Shown here one piece after another: positions 20,495 through 31,604 of a DNA stretch of 64,000 nt. Positions within the stretch are counted from its first letter, which is position 1; each line of letters opens with the position of its first letter. The stretch covers positions 474,244-538,243 of the forward strand of contig OZ025696.1 of the NCBI GenBank assembly GCA_964019335.1, in the 5' to 3' direction. A model generated the notes under the pieces. The model was not told the origin of the DNA, did no database searches, and worked only from the letters and a program-made list of their open reading frames with translations. A program made the position numbers and the translations under genes. The DNA is from Diplonema japonicum (taxonomy: Eukaryota > Protista > Euglenozoa: Diplonemea).

Positions 20495-22460
20495 GTCCTA
20501 TTCACATTTTTTTCTTTTCCTCTTTCTACTGTTCTTTTTTTTTTTTTCTTTTTTTTTTCTTGAACCCTAAGTTCAGGGATATGCTCAAAACCAACCCCCT
20601 TTAATTTGAGAAAGCCCAAGGCCTATCATTTAGGGGGAAAAGTCATCAGACCTGTCCCCAAGGCTTCATGACCCCAATGTATAAGGACTGTTGGGAAGAG
20701 CAGCAAGAGGATCCCCAGTAGGAGTGAAAGGCATTTAAAACATGGGGGCGAAAACTTGGGGGGCTCAAGGCTAGCACACGTTTTTTTGCAGTTTTTAAAG
20801 CAGAAAAGAAAAAAATGACAACAGGTTTATAAATAAATAAAGAAGAAGAAAAATATAGACATTTAGGATTTGCGTGTACACACTCACCCAGCGAGTCTTG
20901 CGGCTTTAAAAAAAGAGGGTGGGAGTGGGGGTGGTTCTTCCACATGAGAGGAATTGGGACAGAAGGCACCTCACACATGGGGCATGGAAAACTCCAAATA
21001 CTCATGGCCTGACCTGCTAAGGTCATTTGAAGAGGTGCACTTGTCCCATCTTCTTGTTGGTTTCATCTCCGTGTGTAAGCAGGTGCGGACACCACAGTAA
21101 CCTTGGTGTGTTCGCAAGCAGCAAAAAAAGGGGGAAATAAAAAAAAATTAAAGGGGGAGAAAGAATGAGAAGAGCTAGCCTTTCCTTTTTTTTTTTTTTT
21201 TTTTTTTTTTCTTCCAATTAGTTCTTAATGTATCATTGTGTACTGCAACGTTCTTTGAAAATTTTAATTTACGAACCCTTTTTTTTTTTTTTTTTTATTC
21301 TTCTTTTCTTTTTTTTTTTTTTTTTTTTTTCGCTTCATTTTTTTTTTCGTTCTTTTTCTCAAAACTGCAAAGAGAAATACTGGTATTATCAAGGGTGGTC
21401 GCTTTTCACTGTGGGGAGTAGCCAACCTTTAGAAAAAAAAAAGAAGAAAGAAGAAGAAGGAGACAAAAAAAAAAAGAAAAAGGGGAACGAGGAGTGGAAC
21501 TTTATTTTTATTTATTTTTTTTTCTTTTTATTTTTTTTTTTTTCTTTTGCTTAAATTGTGTTTTAAAATATCCTGCTTCCCTGGCCTCGGATAAAAAAAG
21601 AAAATGGGGTTGGGGAAGGGGGCGAGAGGAAAGGGTGAATAACCTTGCATTATTAACAGCAGACAAGGAAAAGAAAACAAGTAAACAAGAGTGAAAGGGG
21701 TGGAGCGGGGAGAAAGTTAAGGGGGTGGCTGGACATGTTTGTTGTACATTCTTTCTTGCACTTCTGTGCTCCAAACAAGCAAAACAACTTTTTTTCCGTT
21801 TTCTTTTCTTTTTCTGGAGGTTTCATCACAAACTTGCATGTCCACAGCCTTAAGCGCGTTAATGCCTACAAGGATCGCTTTTTCTTTTTTTTTTTTTTTA
21901 AATTACCACTGGTTTACCAAGGGAGGGATGAGCTCTCTCCTTTCATTACTCAATCCATACGATCCATGCAAGAAAAAAAGAAGAGGAGGAGGAAGAAGGG
22001 GGAGGGGGATTTCCCATTTATTTTCTGTTCTTTTTCTCGGGGTTAAAACACCCTTTGCTCTCAAACCGGTAGACCCCAGAAGAAGCAAGAACCCTGTGGT
22101 AACAGGAGAAAGAAAAGAAGAAAAAAAAAGAAAATAATATGTTTTCTCTGTTAGGGTCCAAAGACCTAGTTCTGTGTGTCTTCTCTCTCTTCCGGGGCTT
22201 GCGGGCTTTGAGCAGGTGTCGCTTTGTTGTAAACCTCTTAGTTATTTTCAGGTAAAAGGGTACGTGAAAAGTAAAAAAAAGAGATATAAAAAGGTATCGA
22301 AATACTTTTTTTTCCGGGCACGTAAGAGGTTTACAGCATTGCTTTTTTTTTTTTTTTTTTTTTTTTTCTTTCTTTTTTGGAAAACAAAAAGCAGGCATGT
22401 GAGTGTTGCATGCTCAGGGGGGAGGGGGTAAATTAAATACGAGAAACGAGATAAATTCAA

Positions 22461-22514
22461 GGGAGGAGGGAGGAGGGAGGAGGGAGGAGGGAGGAGGGAG
22501 GAGGGAGGAGGGAG
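22461..22514. repeat. (GGGAGGA)n heptamer tandem repeat
   Basis: About 7-8 perfect units downstream of the Ctr gene. Confidence 0.95.
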
Positions 22515-22741
22515 AAGGAGAAGGAAAAGAAAAGGCCGATATAAATAAAAAGGAGGGATAAAATCCTGAGAAGGGCTAGGCCGACACTACAGAGAGGTCT
22601 TGCAGCCATGGCAATTCTCATTGTAAACAAGCCCTTAGCTTCATCTTTAAAAAAAGGGGGGGGGGGCGAGGAAAAAAAGGGGGGAAGGAAAAGGAAACCC
22701 TCTTCTAACAGAGAAATACTCACTGTTACTGCCTGTCCTTC

Positions 22742-22773
<32 letters not shown>

Positions 22774-22870
22774 CCTTCTTGCAACAAGGGCCAAGGCGTA
22801 ATCACGAGAACTTACTCTAGCAGAAACATGAAAAGCCCTTCTTTTTCCTTTTTTTTTTTTTTCCCTTCTT

Positions 22871-23572
22871 TTAATTGCAGCAAGTCGGTTCTGAGGTCGA
22901 CTTCTTGGGAGCTTCATCATCATTGCCTGATGCCTTCTTGCTCAAAAAGAAGTGGAGGTAGGCTTGCCAAGCCAGCCAGCCCAGCCACAAGCCAAAAACA
23001 ACGGCTAAGAAAAGCCCAACATTCATTGTCATTGCAATCAACATAAGGAAGTACCCAAGGGTGATACAGAACAGCATCAGGAAGGCACGGAAGGGGAAGG
23101 GCATCTCGACCTCACGAGCCACATTGTTTGTGAAGCCGCAGATGGCGCCGGCAATGAGAGTGAAGATGACGGCAAAGGCATACATCCCTTCAGAGGTGAC
23201 CTTCCACTCGTCAAAGAGGATAGTCGTTCGGTGCGAGTTGTAGAAGGTCATGGGTGCCATCTCCATGAGATGTGCAGCACCTGGGGTGGGGGTGCCTCCT
23301 GCCTCCACTGAGTTCATGCAATGGCCCATTCTGACACTCCAGTCACACTTCTCGCAGTTGCTGGTCTGACCTGCACACATATCCATCTCCATCATGCACT
23401 CCCCCTTGTCCATCTTGCACCCGTCCATTGCCATGCACATTGTGTGGTTGTGTGCGCTGCAGTCGTCCTCCATCGCCATGCACCTCCCACCGTGTGACAT
23501 GCATTTCATGCAGTGCATCTTGTCCTTCTCGATGCAGGACGCCAAGACCGCTATGGCGAGCAAGGTCAGCAT
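22871..23572 (-). CDS. Ctr-family copper transporter with signal peptide and Met/Cys/His-rich ectodomain
   Basis: MAPMTFY...ILFDEW, three TMs, MxxxM (LMLIAMTMNVGLF), GxxxG (GLWLG), C-terminal CC; probable start MLTLLAIAVLASC at 23572 (upstream part of the track ORF is repeat/poly-A). Confidence 0.92.
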   Translation of the reverse strand: MLTLLAIAVLASCIEKDKMHCMKCMSHGGRCMAMEDDCSAHNHTMCMAMDGCKMDKGECMMEMDMCAGQTSNCEKCDWSVRMGHCMNSVEAGGTPTPGAAHLMEMAPMTFYNSHRTTILFDEWKVTSEGMYAFAVIFTLIAGAICGFTNNVAREVEMPFPFRAFLMLFCITLGYFLMLIAMTMNVGLFLAVVFGLWLGWLAWQAYLHFFLSKKASGNDDEAPKKSTSEPTCCN

Positions 23573-24081
23573 TTTCTTTTTTTTTTTTTTTTTTTTTTTT
23601 GTGTTGGTAGTTAACAGTCTTGTTGTAGCATTCTCGATAAAAAGCAGCTGGGATTTTGTAAGAATAACTGAAGAAGTAGTAAGAAAAAAAGAAATATATA
23701 TATGAGTTAAAGGAGGCCGGTGTTGGTGGTGCCCTGCACAAGAACTGTCTACTTGATTACAGGGGGTGCACCGCGGCCGAGTTGTAGCTTCTTCTGCGTT
23801 CCGCGTCATGTCCTTAATGCATGCGGTGTACAGCTCAACCCCAGCCAGGACGTCCTGGGTAACCAAGATTCTGCACTCGTGCAGTTTGCTGCCTGTTCAT
23901 CACCCTGAGCATCTGCGTTACGTTCTTCCACTTGGGCGCTACCAGTGATGACCGACGAGGAGGTCAACAGCGAACAACACATCTGATGTTTTTCTTATAT
24001 TTTCATGTTATCCCCACCACCTTAAAAAAAAGAATGCGGTATGTGACACAGTGGCCACCCTTGTGAAACTTCGCCCCAAAG

Positions 24082-24224
24082 CAGTGATGGGTGAATCCAG
24101 TCCGGTCTGGTGTACCCAATTTACCGGACTGACCGGACTGACTGGACTCGAAAATTTTCTGCAATTTTTGACACACCTGCAAACACTTTTTTTTCAAATA
24201 TTTTTGGACAATGATTTTTTTTTC

Positions 24225-24262
<38 letters not shown>

Positions 24263-25587
24263 CTTCTTCTTCTTCTTCTTTGTACCACAGACATGCACAG
24301 CTCCATCAAGCAATTTGCACCTATCTACTCCAGTGCACTGCAGCTGCAGGTATGTACATATGTCCGGAAATGTTGTATTTGGATGTAACCCGGCTGTGGT
24401 GATCAACGTGGAACGCAGAAGAAGCTACAACCTGGCCGTGGTGAGAGATATATGAGTTAAAGGACCTGCACAAGACTACTTGATTACAGGGGGTACACCA
24501 CAGCTGAGTTGTAGCTTCTTCTGCGTTCCGTGTTCCGTCTCCTTAATGTGTGCGGTGTTCAGCTCAACCCCAGCCGGGGCGTCCCAGGTAACCAGATTCT
24601 GCTCATGCAGGGGTGGGTCGTTCCGTTCCCTTCCGCCAAACTGAAAAGTCGGAGCTTGGTGGAACGGCAGAACCAGGGAATTCCTTACCTTTTTTTTTTT
24701 TTTTTTTTTTTTTTCCTATTGTCCTTAATCACCACAGCCGGGTTGTAGCTTCTTCTGCGTTCCACGTCATGTCCTTAATGTGTGCAGTGTTCAGTTCAAC
24801 CCCAGCCAGGGCGTCCTGGGTAACCAAGATTCTGCTCATGCAGGGGTGGGTCGTTTTGTTCCCTTCTGCCAAACTGAAAAGTCGGAACTTGGTGGAACTG
24901 GAACTTGGCAGACAGGGAATTCCTAACCTATTTTTTTTTTTTTTTTCCCCCTTTTTTTTTCCCCCTTTTTTTTTTTTTTTTTTTCCTCTTTGCATCATCA
25001 AGGTTGAAAGTGGTGACTATATCACCACAACACTGACAGCACAATATTCCGTGTTGTGTCCTTAATGTGTGCAGTGTGCAGCTCAACACCAGAGCATCTG
25101 CAATACGTTCCTCCACTTGGGCGCTACCAGTGATGACCGACGTGGAGGTCAACAGCGAACAACACATCTGATGTACTTCTTATATTTCCATGTTATCTCC
25201 ACCACCTGAATGATATATATATGAGTTAAAAGAGGCCGGTGTTGGTGGTGCCCTGCACAAGAACTGTCTACTTGATTACAGGGGGCACACTGCAACCGAG
25301 TTGTAGCTTCTTCTGCATTCCGTGTCATGTCTTTAATGTGTGTGGTGTTCAGCTCAACCCCAGCCAGAGTGTCCCAGGTAACCAAGATTCGGCACTTGTG
25401 CAGTTTGCTGCCTGTTTGTCACCCTGAGCATCTGCATTATGTTCTTCCACTCAGGCGCTACCAGGGAGCTACTGGTGATGACAGGGGTGGGTCGTTCCGT
25501 TCCCTTCTGCCAAACTGAAAAGTCGGAACTTGGTGGAACGGCGGAACCGGAACTTGGCGGAACATGGTGGAACAGGGAATCCTTACC

Positions 25588-25621
<34 letters not shown>

Positions 25622-26235
25622 CCTCTTTGCATCATCAAGGTCGAAAGTGGTGACTATATCACCACAACATTGTCTACTTGATTACAGGGGGCACACCTTG
25701 GCCTAGCTGTAGCTTCTTCTGCATTCCATGTCGTGTCCTTAATGCGTCTCAACCCCAGCCATGGCGCCCCTGTAATCTTCTCCCACACAGGCACTACCAG
25801 TGATGACCAACGTAGGTCAACAGCGAACAACACATCTGATGTACTTCTTTATATTTCCATATTGCTGTGTTATCCCCACCACCCAATAATAAAAGAGGTA
25901 AAGGAAACCAGTGACAGGGTGCACCTTGGCCACGTTTGCATTCCACGTTGTGTCCTTAATGTATGCGGTGTGCAGCTCAACCCTAGCCAGTGCTCTGGGC
26001 AGGGGTGGGTTGTTCTGTTCCCTTCCACCAAACTGAAAAGTCGGAACTTGGCAGAACGGTGGAACCAGAACTTAGCGGAACTGGTAGAACTGGCGGAACA
26101 TGGCAGAACTGGTGGAACATGGTGGAACATAGCAGAACTGGTGGAACTGGTGGAACTGGTGGAACATGGTGGAACTGGTGGAACATGGTGGAACTAGCAG
26201 AACATGGTGGAACTGGTGGAACGTGGTGGAACATG
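24082..26235 (+). mobile_element. Second, right-truncated copy of the CAGTGATGGG non-autonomous DNA element
   Basis: Left TIR CAGTGATGGGTGAATCC at 24082; the first ~600 bp match 27844-28460; ends in (GGTGGAACT/ACAT)n repeats with no right TIR. Confidence 0.75.
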
Positions 26236-26239
26236 CTGC

Positions 26240-26263
26240 TGCTGTGGCTGCTGTGATTGCTGT

Positions 26264-26295
<32 letters not shown>

Positions 26296-27125
26296 TGGTT
26301 GTACACGTCCACTGCTCCTCTAACCTTTCTCTGCCTTGCGGGTTGCCTCCAGTGTCTTATCTGCTGCTTGGATCCTTGCCAGGTATGAGGGGGGAGGTTC
26401 TGGTCCCTGAAGCTCCTGGCCAGCTCATTTGCCACTGCAAAACCCCTGTCTACACCTGCCCTCTTCACATCCAACCTCCTCAGCTATCCTTGGTCCTTCC
26501 TTCCCCTCTTAGGTGTGCCTGTGTGTGTCCTTGTTGCAGGTAGGAGGGGTGTCACCTCCACTACCTGCTCTGCAAAATGGGCAAAGGCATTGACTTCACC
26601 TGTTCCTTCTTCAGCCAGAAAGGCACCTGCATCATTGACACCAACTGTGCCAACTATGTGCTCTTCAGCACCATCTGGTCCCCTCAAGTGCACCTGCACC
26701 CTCTGCCCATTCAACGCTTCATACTGTGACATTTTTCTGAGCAAACAGGGATTTCAGACAGATCACTGTATGGTAAGTAACACTGCCAGAAAAACCACAA
26801 AAAAGGATCAATGAATAAGAGTATAAAAGTATGAATAAAACATTGAAAATAAAAAGCGAAAAGTAAAACAAAAGCAGAGAGGGATGAAAGAAAAAGCTTT
26901 CTGGTCCTCCCTTGACCCTTTCTCACACCTGTTCTTCGCACGTCCCAGGTGGTACTCCCTGAGTAATTGAGAATTACTTTAGCACCTTTTTTTTTAACCC
27001 CCAAACTTCTCACTTTCACCCCACTGGCCAGATGTGAGGTCTTCCACATCTTCCTGGACATTGGTTGTGCATCCTTGGTCCTTCCTTCCCCTCTTAAGTG
27101 TGCCTGTACATGTCCTTATTGCAGG
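26240..27125 (-). other. Unidentified degenerate coding-like relic (probable retroelement fragment)
   Basis: Short ORFs 26484-26744 and 25983-26474; ~55-bp block at 26486-26540 duplicated at 27070-27125. Confidence 0.3.
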
Positions 27126-30100
27126 TGTCCCCTGTGTGTGTGCCATGGTCACCAGCCAGCTCCACATCTGGTGGTTGAGCTTCTCCCTCTGTTGCATTGG
27201 GCCAGCTCACAGCTGCTCAACAAGGGAGAGGGAGTCGGTGCAGATCAACAGTGGGGACTTTGCCAGCAAAGGGTGTGTTTTTCAGAGGGTAGCCACCATA
27301 TCCAGCACCATTTTCACAGCCATGCCCTCTGCCCAAAAAGATGAACAGAAGTCGTTGATGCCATAGCACACAGACACAGGGGTCAGGGGGGGAGGCAGCT
27401 GCAGATAAACCCCAGAGCCACCTTTCACCTTCTGTCCAACCTGTACAACCAAGCCATCTGTGTAGGCATGGATGCCTGGGGGGAGGGCCACAAGAGCAGC
27501 CTTGGCTGCCTTCCACCTGTCTGTGTCTGGTGATGATTGTGTGACCCTGCCAGGAAGGTCAGTTCTGAAGTTGACCATGGGGTGTAGCCAATAGGTACTC
27601 GAAGTGCACCTTTGGTTCCAACCCGCATCGATGCAGTGCTTGGTAGCCAGAGTGCAGCCACCCACACCCCAGCCTGTTTGCCTGCTTCAGCTTGACCATC
27701 TCCCTGTGAACCAGGGAGGACTGCCAGCAGAAGGCCTTTGCCATCATTGTCGCCACAGCACCCTCTGCCATTCTTTCGAGGGGAAGCAGTCCTGCCTCAG
27801 CTAGGAGCTTGTACCCTCTGGAGCCACTCCAGCAGCCTGTGATCAGTGATGGGTGAATCCAGTCTGGTCCGGTGTACCCATTTTACCAGACTGACCAGAC
27901 TGACCAGATCGGCCGGACTGACCAGACTCAAAAATTTTCTGCAATTTTTGACACACCTGCAAACACTTTTTTTTCAAATATTTTTGGACAATGATTTTTT
28001 TTTTTTTTTTTTTTTCTTTTTCTTCTTCTTCATACCACAGACATGCACAGCTCCATCAAGCCATTTGCACCTATCTACTCTGGTGCACTGCAGCTGCCGG
28101 TATGTACAAATGTCTGGAAATGTTGTATTTGGATGTAATACAACCTGGCTGTGGTGATCGATGCGGAACACAGAAGAAGCTACAACCCGGCCGCAGTGAG
28201 ATATATATGAGTTAAAGGACCTGCACAAGACTACTTGATTACAGGGGGTACACCACAGCCGAGTTGTAGCTTCTTCTGTGTTCTGTGTTGTGTCCTTAAT
28301 GTGTGTGGTGTTCAGCTCAACCCCAGCCGGGGCGTCCTGGGTAACCAAGATTCTGCTTGTGCAGGATTGGGTCGTTCCATTCCCTTCTGCCAAACTGAAA
28401 GTCGGAACTTGGCAGAATGGCAGAACCGGAACTTGGTGGAACAGGGAATTCCTTACTTTTTTTTTTGTTTTAACAATATTATTGTCGAGACTAAAAACTA
28501 GTTGATGGCAGCATAATGAGCTATTTTATTAGGTAAAATTCCGCTCGTGTGCACAAACAAATGGAGTGTCAAACTAGTTCCCCCCCCCTTTTTTTTTCCT
28601 CTTTGCATCATCAAGGTTGAAAGTGGTGACTATATCACCACAACACTGACAGCACAATATTCCGTGTTGTGTCCTTAATGTGTGCAGTGTGCAGCTCAAC
28701 ACCAGAGCATCTGCAATACGTTCCTCCACTAGAGACCAGTGACAGGGGGTGCACCTTGGCCGCTTCTGCGTTCCGTGTCGTGTCCTTAATGCATGCGGTG
28801 TGCAGCTCAACCCCAGCTGGTGCCCTATGTAGTTTACTCACCCTGAGCATCTGCAATTTGTTCTTCCACTCAGGGTGCTACAGGTGATGACCAGCCAAGT
28901 GGATGGAGGAAATGCCTGTTTGTCGTGTTGGTGGTGCCTGCACAAGAACTGTTAACTTGATACAGGGGGGCACTGCAGCTGAGTTGTAGCTTCTTCTGTG
29001 TTCTGTGTTGTGTTCTTAATGTGTGCAGTGTGCAGCTTAACCCCAGCCATAGCAACCCGGGGTAACCAAGATTCTGCGCTCATGCAGTTTGCTGCCAATT
29101 CATCACCCTGAGCATCTGCATTATGTTCTCCACTTGGGTGCTACTGGTGATGACCAACATGGAGGTCAACAGTGAACAACACATCTGATGTACTTCTTAT
29201 ATTTCCATGTTATCCCCACCACCTGAATGATATATATATGAGTTAAAAGAGGCCGGTGTTGGTGGCACCCTGCACAAGAACTGTCTGCTTGATTACAGGG
29301 GTGCACCGCAACCGAGTTGTAGCTTCTTCTGCATTCTGTGTCATGTCTTTAATGTGTGTGGTGTAGTTTGCTGCCTGTTTGTCACCCTAAGCATCTGCAT
29401 TATGTTCTTCCACTCAGGAGCTGATGAGGAGGTCAACAGTGAACAACACATCTGATGTTTTTTCATGCTATCCCCACCACCTTTGGAATAATATACAAGA
29501 GTTAAAGGAGGCTGGTGTTGGCAGTGCCCTGCACAAGAACTGTCTACTTGATTACAGGGGGTGCACCGCAGCCGGGTTGTAGCTTCTTCTGCGTTCTGCA
29601 TCGTGTCCTTAATCACTGCGGCCGAGTTGTAGCTTCTTCTGTGCTCCGTGTCGTGTCCTTAATGTGCAGGGTTCAGCTCAACCCTAGCCGGGGCGCCCTG
29701 GGTAACCAAGATTCTGCACTCGTGTGGTTTGCTCGGTGATGACCAATGAGGAGGTCAACAGCAAACAACACATCTGATGTTTTTCTTATATTTTCATGTT
29801 ATCCCCACCACCTGAAAAAGAAGATAAAAGTTTTTTTTTTTTTCTTCGTTTCTCATTGTTTTTGTTGTTGTTGTCGTCTCTCAGTACCTGTGTAACATCT
29901 TGTCTTGTAGACATCTGTTTATATGTTTGAACTCTGCAGCAAAAAAAAGGGGGGATGTGGTGTTGTGGTTGTATCTTGTACGGTCCGGTTCAGTCCAGTC
30001 CAGTCCAGTCCAGTCCGGTCTGGTCCAGTCTGGTCCGGTCTGGTCCAGTCCAGTCCGGTCCGGTCCGGTCCAGTCTGGTCAGTCTGGTCAGTCCGGTCAG

Positions 30101-30515
30101 TCCGGCATAATTGGGTCGAAATTCACGCCAGATCCGGTCCGGTCCGGTCCAGTCCGGTCTAGTCCTAATTAGGATTCACCCATCACTGCTGTGATCAGTA
30201 CTGCCGCCTCCTGTGAAGCCCAGCCAGGTCCTTCCTCCCAACATCATCGAGCCTGCTGTAGTAGACCCCCATGCAGTAGTGCAGCAGTGGGAGGATGTAT
30301 GTAATGTAGAGAGACCACAGAGTGTCCCTCTTGCTGCCCCAGGACGTGCCAGACAAGAGCTTCAGCACCCTCAGCCTTTTGCTGGCCCACTGTAGGATGT
30401 CCTGTGTGTGTTCACCAAACGTGAGCCCAGAGTCCACTGTAACCCTAAGGTACCTTGCGTGTTCAGACAGAGGCAGGGGATGGGCTGCAATGTAATCCAC
30501 GTTGGGCCATCGCAA
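27126..30515 (-). mobile_element. Degenerate ingi/L1Tc-like non-LTR retrotransposon fragment (RT thumb, connection, RNase H), split by a DNA-element insertion
   Basis: RYL.VTVDSGLTF..H...ASKRLRVLKLLSGTSWG...LY.TYI.P.L.Y (30195-30515); rejoins across the insert as AAVL|ITGCWSGSRGYKLLAEAGLLPLE; RNase H AYTDG...SSFWAEGMA...ICTDSLS; stops and frameshifts. Confidence 0.88.
27844..30188 (+). mobile_element. Complete non-autonomous TIR element (hAT-like ends) with 7-bp TSD
   Basis: Perfect 17-bp TIRs CAGTGATGGGTGAATCC / GGATTCACCCATCACTG; CTGTGAT on both flanks (27837-27843, 30189-30195); subterminal GACCGGACT and GTCCG/GTCCA repeats. Confidence 0.92.
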
Positions 30516-30574
30516 AATTAACGTCCTGAGGGATGGGTTGCACTTGCCCCTGTACCCTAAGGCTCCTCCTAACG

Positions 30575-30655
30575 GGCTGCTGGGAGAATTGAACCGACGC
30601 TACTAGAAGGCTGCCCATACACTAACCAACTAGACCATGATCGATCCCAGCAGCC
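30575..30655 (-). ncRNA. tRNA-like / Pol III A-box and B-box element closed by an 11-bp terminal stem (SINE head or small ncRNA)
   Basis: Minus strand GGCTGCTGGGA...TGGTCTAGTTGG (A box)...GGTTCAATTC (B box)..TCCCAGCAGCC; no clean cloverleaf. Confidence 0.45.
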
Positions 30656-30851
30656 ACCAGATGCAAAAAAATGAAGACGAATAACTGAAAAGGCCTGAAA
30701 ATTGCTCAGTGTAAAAATCAGATTTTACTTCACATTTACAGCACTTTTTTAAGCCAAATTCGGCCATTACTTTACCTTTGTTCTTCACTTTACAGGAGGT
30801 GCCACGTGAAGGCTGTGAGTTGGGTTTTATCCTCCTTTCTGTGTGCCTCAG

Positions 30852-31175
30852 ATGGCTTTACCTACTATTGCACCACACCCTGCCCCACAGGAGACTACAT
30901 GTATTCGTCTCTCTAACCTGTTCAACCCTGATGATGAGGATGATTACTTTGACAAAGACATCAAGGAAGGTTGCTGACCAGTGCAACAAGCTCGCTCCAC
31001 TGCAGCATATCTTCGTCGATAAGTACTCTAAGCAGGGTGAGCTTTGGCTATGGTTTGCTACCAACCCTGATAGCCAAAAGGTTTTTGACAGCATGAACAA
31101 CAGTGGTTTGCAAAGCAACAGATAAACGCCCAGTTCGTCCCCCCCTCTGTCTACATGCAACGATTCCCTGCTTGA
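30852..31175 (+). pseudogene. RBM39/CAPER-type C-terminal RRM (UHM) pseudogene fragment
   Basis: Across two frameshifts (~30970, ~31102) it reads TTCIRLSNLFNPDDEDDYFDKDIKE/VADQCNKLAPLQHIFVDKYSKQGELWL...MNN/WFAKQQINAQFVPPSVYMQRFP. Confidence 0.8.
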
Positions 31176-31604
31176 GCCCCCTTTCATATATTCTCTTTTT
31201 CGATTCACTGTATTTTCTTCTTTCCCCCCTCACCACCTCGCTCCTTTATGACGAGGAAGGGCAAGGTATGGCAGACATCCTTGTCATGTCTTGTAAGCCA
31301 CCAATCGTTTTGGTTTGTTCCAGTTATCCCTTTTATATTTTCTGTACCTTTTTCAAACTGATATAATCTTATATTCCTAAAGTAATTCTCAATTACTCAG
31401 GGAGTACCACCTGGGACGTGCGAAGAACAGGTGTGAGAAAGGGTCAAGGGAGGACCAGAAAGCTTTTTCTTTCATTCCTCTACTGTTGAATTGTCTTTTT
31501 CTTTCTCTTTGCTTGAACAAGAAAACCAATAACTGTAAATGAATTGTTATTGCTGTTGTTTTCTCTATTTCCACCACCTACTGTACCTCGTTTTCAGGCA
31601 GGAG

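Larger units (their letters stand above)
23697..29815. repeat. Array of shuffled ~50-330 bp repeat modules
   Basis: Module head (TAT)GAGTTAAA at ~23701, 24451, 25220, 28206, 29237, 29499; recurring GTTGTAGCTTCTTCTG, CAGCTCAACCCCAGCC, GGTCAACAGCGAACAACACATCTGATG; hAT-like end CAGGGGTGGG..GTTCC at 24608, 24841, 25482, 26000 and a variant at 28362. Confidence 0.9.
23573..31604. promoter_or_regulatory. Divergent strand-switch region between a minus-strand and a plus-strand gene cluster (candidate Pol II initiation region)
   Basis: All supported genes to the left are minus, all to the right are plus; the interval holds only repeats and relics. Confidence 0.6.

Noticed and set aside
20640-22450. 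Short ORFs in the long spacer between the coiled-coil gene and Ctr
   Set aside because: Dominated by poly-A/T; no recognisable motif
23573-23866. 98-aa N-terminal extension of the Ctr ORF (similar extensions at 31539, 45591, 48311, 54477)
   Set aside because: Read through repeats, homopolymers, pyrimidine tracts or the upstream gene; downstream ATGs give sensible N-termini
23697-29815. CRISPR-like array
   Set aside because: Units are long, degenerate and shuffled, with no unique spacers and no cas genes; eukaryotic context
30575-30655. Functional tRNA gene
   Set aside because: A/B boxes are present but acceptor, anticodon and T-arm geometry do not form a cloverleaf
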